Shown here piece after piece: positions 1 through 8,800 of a stretch of 26,326 nt of DNA. The stretch spans positions 117,276-143,601 of the IMG/VR virus record IMGVR_UViG_3300029862_000001; one strand, 5' to 3'. The position numbers were made by a program, and so were the translations under genes. Each line of letters opens with the position of its first letter. Position 1 is the first letter of the stretch. The stretch comes from a virus. Its lineage: Duplodnaviria; Heunggongvirae; Uroviricota; Caudoviricetes. The notes below the pieces were generated by a model, which was given only the letters and a program-made list of their open reading frames with translations, ran no database searches and was not told where the DNA came from.

Positions 1-333
1 GGTAAAACCTCCTTGTTTGAAAACAAAAGAGTTGAAACAATCAGCTCTTTTGAACTTAGGTGGTCGTTTAGCCAACTTTTTAAAGAAACGATTATAAGAT
101 TCATCAAGACGTTCAAGTATTTCTTGTGTTGTTTGAGAATGAAGAAGATTTTTTTTAATTCTTTTGGTAAAATGTTTCTTCATTTTACCAATTGATATAT
201 ATTTCCCAAACAGTTTGTGATACCTACGTTGTAGAGCTAACGCATGATTCCATACAAAACAACATTCACGAAGCATCTTGTCAAGATACTTCGTTTTCTT
301 TGAATGATAGATATTGTATTTGTATGAAATCAT
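1..333 (-). CDS. tnpB: IS200/IS605-family TnpB, N-terminal part (runs off the window start; missing from the ORF track)
   Basis: Manual translation from ATG at 333 gives 111 open codons: MISYKYNIYHSKKTKYLDKMLRECCFVWNHALALQRRYHKLFGKYIS...LHSQTTQEILERLDESYNRFFKKLAKRPPKFKR...FKQGG. This is a typical TnpB HTH/REC N-terminus. Confidence 0.85.
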   Translation of the reverse strand, partial: MISYKYNIYHSKKTKYLDKMLRECCFVWNHALALQRRYHKLFGKYISIGKMKKHFTKRIKKNLLHSQTTQEILERLDESYNRFFKKLAKRPPKFKRADCFNSFVFKQGGFT

Positions 334-370
334 TTTTTTATCTGTAATTTTGATTCAAAATTAATCAAAC

Positions 371-407
371 CAATTCATCCACCTACTAAAGTATGGTGGT
401 TTTTTTT
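371..407. mobile_element. Probable left-end subterminal hairpin of the IS200/IS605-like tnpB element
   Basis: caattcat-ccacc-tac-taaa-gta-t-ggtgg-ttttt is an imperfect hairpin about 45 nt upstream of the tnpB start, leaving no room for tnpA in between. Confidence 0.55.
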
Positions 408-425
408 GGTTAAATAATCATAAAT

Positions 426-462
426 AAAATAGCCGAAGAATGCCACCATCCATTCTCCGGCT
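426..462 (-). terminator. Probable intrinsic terminator downstream of the TROVE gene
   Basis: Minus strand AGCCGGAGAAUG-loop-CAUUCUUCGGCU followed by AUUUUAUUU. Confidence 0.6.
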
Positions 463-507
463 TATTATAATGGAAATCTTATTATGAAAACGATACAAAT
501 GTAAGAT

Positions 508-2142
508 TTAGATTTTAATCTTCCTAATTTCTTCAATCATATTCTTATATCCGCAGAACTTGCTGCTAATAACATCGAAAATAGATTCTGACCAGCCAGC
601 TATGTTCAAGATATTAGATCCTCTGTAAAACATCTCACTTCCATATCCTTGAATAGAAATAGAAACGATCTTGCAATTTGGATTCACTTTTTTGAACCCT
701 TTCAAAAGTTCGGCGAATTTACCATATTTATAACCGGAGGTTCTCTCCCATACAACAGATTCACCATCTCCTACCTGCATATCTGAAATAACGTACAAGT
801 TATCTACCTTGATCTTATCCTTAACGCACTTTCCTAAGAACATAAAAAGACCGTTTTCAGTAGATTCTCCGCATTCCTCTCCGGCAGCAAAAGACTTTTT
901 GTTGTTCCATAAAACACCTTTACTTCTATCATATTCGTAATTGATAAGTTCGTCACCAAACATACCAATAAATACGTCAGGAAGCACAGAAGCAATCATA
1001 CAGCCAAATAAGTTACCAATGACAGCCGTACTTGTTTTGCTAAAGGCAGACACCTCAGAAGATCCTCCCATATCTCCACGTACAGAGCCAGAGTGGTCAA
1101 TCAGGATAGCCGACCGCCCCTCCAATACCGGCAGGTTCTTGCAGGAGATGGTTATGGCTTTCTCCAACGCATCTAAAATCTTATCTTTGTTACGCGCTGT
1201 TAATTTAGCACGTTTTTTATCCGACTCAAATACAATATCATTTTCGGAATCATCAGTGCCTATATTTTCAACCTCTTTGAAAGCTGAAGCAAAACGGAAA
1301 GGAAGCATCTTCGAATTAAGCACCTTCTCTTCTATTGTAAGCTGCCTACAAACTTCATCTATTTGATCAGGCGCGTATTTGATTATGTTTACAAGGTTAC
1401 GAACCATATTAAAAATAGGCATACCTTTTACATTAGAAACCACGTCCCGAATAGCGTCACCTAAAGCTTCTTTCTTTTCCTTATTGTCTTTCTTGTCCTG
1501 TCCGGCTTTAGACATTTCTTTTTCAAGAATCTTGCTTTCGTATAATCCAGACAAAGACCGACCTTCTATAAGGTACTGGAAAGCCGTTTTGTTAGCCTGA
1601 TTGCCTTTAGGGTGAAATAAGTTTACTAAGTCAACCATAGTAATGACCCTACTGTCCATCTTATACTTATCAATCCGATACGGATCAAGACCTTCCAAAG
1701 CCGTCTTAAATCCTTTCTTAATAGCGCTGGATATTCCTCTTAACTTCTTTGGATTTTTGTCGTTAAGAGCCGCATAGCAGCCAAGGATTTCGCTCATATC
1801 ATCAGGACGCATAACGATCTTATTATAGAACCTTGAAGCCCATTCCTTACCCGATGCTTTGCTGGCAAGGACAGAAGCCATAAGATGCGTTACCGACCTA
1901 AGCTTTCCTTCTTTCCTGACATACAATGCTGTTTGTGCTGCGAAATATGGATCTACTTGATCCATAAGGTCCTTAATCCTGTTCACCTTGTCTTTTTCTT
2001 TCTCATAATAAGAATCAGACAACATGGTAGTCATTACCGTAGATACCAACTCTTCTTCTGCGTTAGGCTTATACGCCTTCTCTCCCATGTGATTCACGAT
2101 CGTAGGTTTAACACCTTCATCCTTTTTGTTAAACTTTCCCAT
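508..2142 (-). CDS. rsr: Ro60/Rsr-like TROVE-domain RNA-binding protein with C-terminal vWA domain
   Basis: 544 aa with TROVE-type motifs (ALYVRKEGKLRS, RPDDMSEIL, IKKG...KYK, DLVNLFHPK, MVRNLVNI, MLPFRFASA) and a vWA MIDAS motif IDHSGS plus ISDMQ. Confidence 0.93.
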   Translation of the reverse strand: MGKFNKKDEGVKPTIVNHMGEKAYKPNAEEELVSTVMTTMLSDSYYEKEKDKVNRIKDLMDQVDPYFAAQTALYVRKEGKLRSVTHLMASVLASKASGKEWASRFYNKIVMRPDDMSEILGCYAALNDKNPKKLRGISSAIKKGFKTALEGLDPYRIDKYKMDSRVITMVDLVNLFHPKGNQANKTAFQYLIEGRSLSGLYESKILEKEMSKAGQDKKDNKEKKEALGDAIRDVVSNVKGMPIFNMVRNLVNIIKYAPDQIDEVCRQLTIEEKVLNSKMLPFRFASAFKEVENIGTDDSENDIVFESDKKRAKLTARNKDKILDALEKAITISCKNLPVLEGRSAILIDHSGSVRGDMGGSSEVSAFSKTSTAVIGNLFGCMIASVLPDVFIGMFGDELINYEYDRSKGVLWNNKKSFAAGEECGESTENGLFMFLGKCVKDKIKVDNLYVISDMQVGDGESVVWERTSGYKYGKFAELLKGFKKVNPNCKIVSISIQGYGSEMFYRGSNILNIAGWSESIFDVISSKFCGYKNMIEEIRKIKI

Positions 2143-2171
2143 TTGTTGTTGTTTTCTTTAAAGTGTTATAC

Positions 2172-2203
2172 AAAAAAAAGCAGTGATATTACTACCACTG
2201 CTT
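2172..2203 (-). terminator. Intrinsic terminator between the ncRNA array and the TROVE gene
   Basis: Minus strand AAGCAGUGGUA-GUAA-UAUCACUGCUU followed by a U run (A8 at 2172-2179 on the plus strand). Confidence 0.8.
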
Positions 2204-2229
2204 GAAAAAATATATCAAAATGACTACTC

Positions 2230-2359
2230 AATGAGGGAAAAGCTGAAGTTAGTGTAAACAATGAAATAATGGATTTGAACCATCGACCTATACTTTAAAA
2301 GAGTATCGCTCTATCCATCTGAGCTAAATTCGAAGTAACTAACCCCATCACCACTCATT
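2230..2359 (-). ncRNA. Y-RNA-like unit C containing a normally ordered tRNA-Lys(UUU)-like cloverleaf
   Basis: Outer stems AAUGAG(U)GG/CCCUCAUU and UGGGGUUAGU/ACUAACUUCA. Module at 2263-2331: GAAUU UA GCUC-AGAUGGAUA-GAGC G AUACU-CUUUUAA-AGUAU AGGUC GAUGG-UUCAAAU-CCAUU AUUUC. The acceptor-like stem is only 5 bp with one U-U, and there is no CCA. Confidence 0.8.
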
Positions 2360-2377
2360 AGTTTTTATATATTTCAA

Positions 2378-2502
2378 ACATAGGAAAAACGGAGCCGGAC
2401 AAAATGAAAATATTGGATTCGAACCAATGAAAAGTATTTTTACAGAATACCGCGTTATCCACTACGCTAATTTTCGAAGTAACCGAACTCCTCACCATCT
2501 GT
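2378..2502 (-). ncRNA. Y-RNA-like unit B containing a normally ordered tRNA-like cloverleaf with anticodon GUA (Tyr)
   Basis: Outer stems ACAGA(U)GG/CCUAUGU and GGAGU(U)CGG/CCGGCUCC. Module at 2406-2475: GAAAAU UA GCGU-AGUGGAUA-ACGC G GUAUU-CUGUAAA-AAUAC UUUUC AUUGG-UUCGAAU-CCAAU AUUUUC. It has a 6-bp acceptor-like stem, a short variable loop and no CCA. Confidence 0.8.
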
Positions 2503-2515
2503 ATATTTTATTAAA

Positions 2516-2649
2516 ACAGGGAGAACCTGGAAGGTGTTTTGATATGAAAGGAGGTTTTGATCTACCAACTGATCTAATTTTTCTTACATGAAAAATATAG
2601 GACTCGAACCTATGACACAAACCGAAGTATCACCTTCCATCACTACTGT
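2516..2649 (-). ncRNA. yrlA: YrlA-type Y RNA (circularly permuted tRNA mimic), unit A
   Basis: Outer stems ACAG/CUGU and UGGAAGGUG/CACCUUCCA (perfect 9 bp). Module at 2553-2623: GGUUU GUGUC AUAGG-UUCGAGU-CCUAU (T arm), AUUUUUC-AUGUAA-GAAAAAU (closed acceptor stem), UA GAUC-AGUUGGUA-GAUC A (D arm), AAACC. The T-acceptor-D order next to a Ro60 gene is the YrlA signature. Confidence 0.85.
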
Positions 2650-2679
2650 CTTACATTATAATCTCTCTTGATTACGATG

Positions 2680-2710
2680 CAAATATAGACACTAAAATAT
2701 GATTTACAAA
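2680..2710 (-). promoter_or_regulatory. Bacteroidetes sigma-A promoter driving the Y-RNA array
   Basis: Minus strand TTTG (2710-2707), 19 nt, TATATTTG (2687-2680) matches the TTTG-N19-21-TAnnTTTG consensus. Confidence 0.8.
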
Positions 2711-2790
2711 TTAAAATGATTTAAAATGTATTAATTTGGATAAATAAATGTAGTGAATAATATAAAGTGGTTATACACAGCCTTGCACTT

Positions 2791-2832
2791 AAAAGTATTA
2801 CCCTCTACTTGCTAATAGGCAGAGGGTAATAC
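2791..2832 (-). terminator. Intrinsic terminator of the 2257-aa structural gene
   Basis: GUAUUACCCUCUGC-loop-GUAGAGGGUAAUAC followed by UUUU, starting a few nt after the stop codon. Confidence 0.75.
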
Positions 2833-2836
2833 GATA

Positions 2837-5800
2837 TTATCTATTCTTAATCTTATCTTCAGAAATCAACCACTGGAATATAATCTTTCGGTTGCTAATT
2901 ACTTTCTTTATCCTCATCAGCATCCAACTTCCTCTTAACCTATCCAGCCATGACCGTCTGAAATTAAGAGAATCAGGATTAACTGACTTATTTATATCGT
3001 TATCGTCCTTGATCCATATAGGTGTTTCAGATCGGTCATCGTCAACCCTGTTGAAGAAGTCATTTAACTTATGTCTTCTATATACCTCAGTATCCAGAAC
3101 CTCGGTATGGTCGCCTACGATCTTCGGATACGATATACGTTGCGCTAAATTATTCTTTTCTTCTGGAACAAGATGAATTTCACCTGAGTTGTTTGTGTCG
3201 TTGTAGATAGTTATCGTATCCAAACCTACTTTCCTGTCAAGTGTGTAATTCACATCATCAACGTATTTCCTTGCGTCAAGCTCATACTCAACAGAAGCCA
3301 GCGTAGAACCGTTATATTTCTCTTTTATCGGCACTTCTAATATAAATGGATATGTTGTTCCATAAAACGTTTGGAAGCTCTTATTCGTCAGCAAATGACT
3401 CCATAAGCCACCTTTTTCATCTGATGCCGGGAAGTTTATTCCTGTCTGGAAATATTGTTGCTGCTCTATATAATAGTCAGGGCAGAATGAGTAATACGAT
3501 ATCCATTCTTGCTTCAGACACGAATATCCGATAGTGAACGACACATCCTTGAAATACTGTTCGTCTTTTAAGGATATTTCCTTATCGTTTGACAACACCT
3601 CTGTTTCATTGTACAAGAACCTTCCACCATCATATTTGTAATATGCCGGGTTCTTAACAGGTATATAATCTTTTTTCGTGATAAGTACCCTCTTATACCT
3701 ATTATCCCATCCAAGAGACAGACCAAGACCGATAAATTTATTATCCGTATCTTCTTCTGTCATTTCTGTACCGGTTAAGATATTAGTTATTCCGTATCTA
3801 AGGATCTTAAACGGAAGATGACGCTTAAGCCAATGTCTGACACCTACACTAAGTTCCTTAAGATTACGTCCGTTCGGGTCGGTCATAAACACCTGTGCTC
3901 TTTTAGTATCTACCCAGAAATGACCAAACTCTGAACTAATTATTTCAGTGCTCTGTGTTCCAGAATAACCGAGGTCGGTCGTGTTGTACTCCAGAGGCCG
4001 GGACGCGAACAGACTGCCGGTGCCCATCTCAGCCTGCCCTGGGGAGGTGCGCTCCTTGATTACGTCTATGGCGTTATGGAGCGAAACCTGGTCCTCAAAC
4101 CTGACAAGAATCTGATCGGATTCAATACGCTTCATGTGAATAAGCTTCCCGTTACTGGTTGGGAACTCATGATAATCCATAGGCTTGTACGTCAACCACG
4201 GATCTGTTTGGCTATTTTCAGATACGTCAGCCCTACTCCATATAACACCATTAGGGCGCTGGTAAGCACAGTCATAAAAACGACGTTCGTATGTTGCCGG
4301 CAATACATTAGGTGTCAATGTCATTCTTGATGAATAGATAGGACTTATCTTGTAATTATTGTCCCTATGGATAGATACGTTCTTTTCTTGTGTCCACCAA
4401 ACAAAATCTCCTACTTTTGGATAGAATAATTCATGAGGCTGAGAACCCTCTAATCTGAAATTACAATTTATTTCAGACTCTACAAGGAACTGAGGAATAC
4501 CATAGAACCATGTATAAAATCTGCCATCTACATACTTACCGGAGGTATCACCATTCAATTCATACAAGCTCTTCCTATTTGGGTAAAAAGCATATTTTCC
4601 TTTATTAGATGATGTCCAACTATTGAAACGTTCGTTATCTATCGTCTCAAGAGCGTCTTCTCCGGTATCATAATTAACAAAATATCTTGGATACCCTACA
4701 TTTCTATAATCCATGTAAGGGAAAGGTATCATATCTCCAATACCAAAAGCACTATTATAAAAAACAGGAAATTTTCTCTTTAATGAAAATCTGGTTATCA
4801 CCGTATCACCACCGAACATCAGTTTCTTTTCATTAGTGAAAAATCCACATCCACCTATGGAAATCCATTTTATATCTTCTATTTGACCATATTGATCCGG
4901 CCTATATCGCATAAGCCTCATATACGGAGAGCAAATGTATGAAACTGATTTGGATTGCTCGAATGTTCTTCCTGCTACAACATCGCTTCCAGCAATAACC
5001 GAATCATCTATACGGCTACTGTCGTAGTTGTAGACATAGTTCGGATATTCCAATAAATATTTCGATTTACCATCTCCTTTTTCACCTGGATCACCAAATG
5101 ATAAAAATAACGAAGATTCACGATCTATATTATTAACAAATAAGAATCGTCCCTCATTATCGTTTTTACCGGTTCCCCATTTAGATGACATACTGGCATC
5201 CATCATAGGATACACACCGGACTTCATGTACTTAACAGAAGATAAACCACGAGCAAAATTTCGTTCATACTTATCCTGGTCTGTTATACCTATCATTGAA
5301 TTATATAATCCTACAGAAGTATAATACCACGCATGATTACGTCTTGGTCCATTGTTTATAAACGTATTAAGCCAATCATAACGGTACTTACCGTACAATA
5401 TCGGGCCCTTAGCAAGAGTTTGACTGACGGTTGACACCATTGAAGAAAACAGCATGGCCACACTTAAATTCGTTAGGAATCCTCCTCCGGTAAGACCAGC
5501 CGACCCTCCTATGTATCCAGACTGAGCCCTTATCTGAAGCTCTTCTGCTATCATAGCGGCTATTGTGGCACTTGATTCAACTGCGGCAAGTGACGCAGCT
5601 ATCGTATAAGCAGCAGGACCTAAGATAGTCCATTTTGGATGATCTTCTACAGGCACAAAACTGCCTACAGACATTCCTCTTTGGAACCCGTCTATACATA
5701 CTTCATTTGGAAGTTCGGGCTTGTTAAAATAAATATCAGGCGAACAAAATGAATACCACACGTTTCCTCCTTTGTCGAAAGGATGGGATATAAACTCGTC

Positions 5801-8800
5801 TCTTTTGCCAGACGTATAATTATATTGATCTTGTGATAGGTCATTATATGGGTAATTAGGATAGATATTTACATTACCATCGTCTCCTATGTATCTAAGC
5901 ATATCGTAGGCCAATCCTGAGGCCACAACCGACCTATTTAGCCTCCTATCTCCACGATACAGTTCATATCCTACGATCGTATCTCTTTGTTGTTGCGTAA
6001 TCAAACCAGAATCTACCGCAAAATCCAAAAACACTTGTATGGTGTTCTCATCTACCATAATACCTACCGGATATATTTCAGAAGCTATGTCATATCCACG
6101 TTCATCACTGTTCATAAAAGGTATATGCTTGTTATCTGGGAACCGGTAATGACGTATAGGTTGTTGGCAAAATACGGTAGAAGTATCTACTCCTCCATAA
6201 GAATGACCCTTGAAATAAGATAATCCATTTTTGTCTGACAAAGGAGCACCATAATATTCTGTTAACTTATTCATAATATTAGAATAAGCTTCTGTTTTTT
6301 TTGGATCATCATAAGATCTTCCTGTATCTATTTTCATCCTACTACTATCATAAAGTTCAAAATTAGAAGGATATTTCTCTGATGATTCCCAATATGCAAA
6401 ATCCCCGTATTTATAAGGACGAGGCTTGCAATTGATGGGCCTATCTCCACATGTCTGACATTTTGATGCAAATAAGACAGTTGATCTAAGTGTTATAGAA
6501 TCCACAGACAAATCAATCTTATTTACCTCCTTTTCTCTTATACCAAAAATATACGGATATATAGTTTTACCTGTAGCAAAAGAAACACCTAAGATAGCAC
6601 GAGACGGCTTCTTTCCTGATTCTTCCTCTTCATCTGGAGTATCCTCATTCTTATATTTACAGAATTGTATTTGCCTGAATGTCATTATCCAAGGAACAGC
6701 TACAACCGGCGATTCTATTGTTACATAAAAATAATCTTGTTTTATCGTTTCTTTAAAGAATTTATCATCTATAGTTCCCCATGCGGGTCTTGCTATATTG
6801 ATAATAACCGAATGTCCTGAAGCATGTTCCGGCCTATCGAAATCTACTGGTATTGTTCCAAGTGGATTCCATGTCTCTATATCCTTCCAAAAAGAAACAC
6901 GAACGTAATTGGTAGAAACAGCATCCATTATACCATCTATCTTCCCAAGGGCTTCAAGATAAAGGACCTTATTTTCTTCCTTATATCCTTCTATATCCCA
7001 TTCCTCCGGCCTATTGATTCTAATAAACCTGGCATTAGTCATTACATTCCTCACGAACTTGCGTACTACAAATTCAGAAGCAAATCCTATATTAAGTTTA
7101 TCTCCAGTAGGATTTTCTAATGTTGCATTATTTACATACCCCTCAAATTCCCAGTCCGTTTCAGGTATGCCAGTGTCCGCATTTTTGTATATCATATCCT
7201 GGAGCTTCTTGGAAGCATCAGGCCAGAACTGTTCAATGCAATATTTCGGTCCGTTCTTTGATCGGTATTGATCATTTATTACCGTACTCGTTGACCTACC
7301 AGCCCTCCAATTGCCTTTTCCATTTATCTTTTCACTCCACCCATCTATATGTAAAATATATCCTCCAAGGATGTAATTGTTATTTTGAAAGTTATTATAA
7401 TCAGACCTTGAAACAGTAGGATCCGAACAATAATTTTCAATATAACAACCACATGTACAAGGCATAGTGTCAAGAACGTATATAGCATCAGATACGGTCT
7501 TTAATATACTTCCTGGCTGCAAATACGGATAAAATTCGGAACAAAGGTGCTGTCTTCCATCACCGGATTTATCACCTGCGTTGTCACCAAAAAATGCTTC
7601 ATCCATCCATTCAGACAAAGAATCCATTGTATCGTAATTGAATAGAACAGAATACTTATTCTGGTTCTCACCTCCGGTTGTATATAAATAGTCGGTAGAC
7701 ACGTGCTCCATGTCTTCTAATTCTTTATATATATAATCCTCTACAATACCAGTTATTAAAGAAACTGGAGCTGACAATATAGATTCTTGACGATGAGGGA
7801 CTTCGCAGTCTCCTTCCATTTCTGGTAACCTAATATGATCAATTGGCTCCATATAATCCTGTGTTCCGTCTTCTCTGTATTTGGTAGCTATATCACATAT
7901 CTGTCTTTCATTGTTTCCATTCTCCTTATTATTACAAGCTACAAGACCTATATTTTCAGACAAATAATTTATAGGGGTTCCTACAATATCATCATAATCG
8001 ATAATAAATCTTGATTTACCTTTAAAAGTGGCAAAATTGCTTTCCACTATAACAGTTTGACCTACGGTAGCCGGGTTGTTACACTCTTTCTGTTCTTCAT
8101 CTATAACAACCGCATCGTCGTCAATCAATACTCCATCTCCTGCTGTATTGCTATACTGCCATACATATTTCCTATCAACACCCGAGCAATCCGGAGCATA
8201 TGCGTTTATAGACTGGTATGGGATACTGTCTTTGTTCATTTCCTCTCTCGCCTTATCATAAGGTGGGGGAACAAGAACGAATGCTGGAGTTTTATATCCG
8301 GTGGATGTCTTAAATGATATAGAAAAAGGATATACTTCATTCCTCATGTATCCCACATACAACGAACAGGCATTACCATCCTTATACAGATCCTCGTGGG
8401 CTACCGATGCCTGCCATTTTAGAAAATGCCCCATAAGAGAAACTACAGGCTGTAAATTCCATTCTTTTTCCGCCGTAAGACCATATTGAAGAAGACGGTT
8501 TCCGACTGACACTATTCCTCTTGATGTATTATATATGGCTCTTTTTAAAGAAATGTGTTCAAATGTTGTCCTCTTATTATTAAGATCAGAATAATAGTAT
8601 ATAGTCTTCTCTGTAATAGGATGAATACCTTCTATAAAATAATCAACTACAGGTTGTGTTTCGCCATTGTATCCTACAGTATTCTGAATAACAGCCACCT
8701 TGTAATGGCTGACTTGCCTATCCAAATTAGAAACCTTAAGCCTTATACCAAGATTAGTTCTTTCTCCCCATTTACCATCATTTATCCTAATATATTGTTC

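Noticed and set aside
13..195. 60-aa plus-strand ORF
   Set aside because: It is antisense to the partial tnpB gene.
2263..2475. Calling the two cloverleaves ordinary tRNA-Lys and tRNA-Tyr genes
   Set aside because: The acceptor stems are only 5-6 bp, there is no CCA, the GUA unit lacks a long variable arm, and both sit inside a conserved outer scaffold shared with the YrlA-like unit.
2230..2649. CRISPR array interpretation of the three repeated units
   Set aside because: Only short motifs (cgaagta, tcac) recur, the units are structured tRNA-like RNAs, and there are no cas genes.
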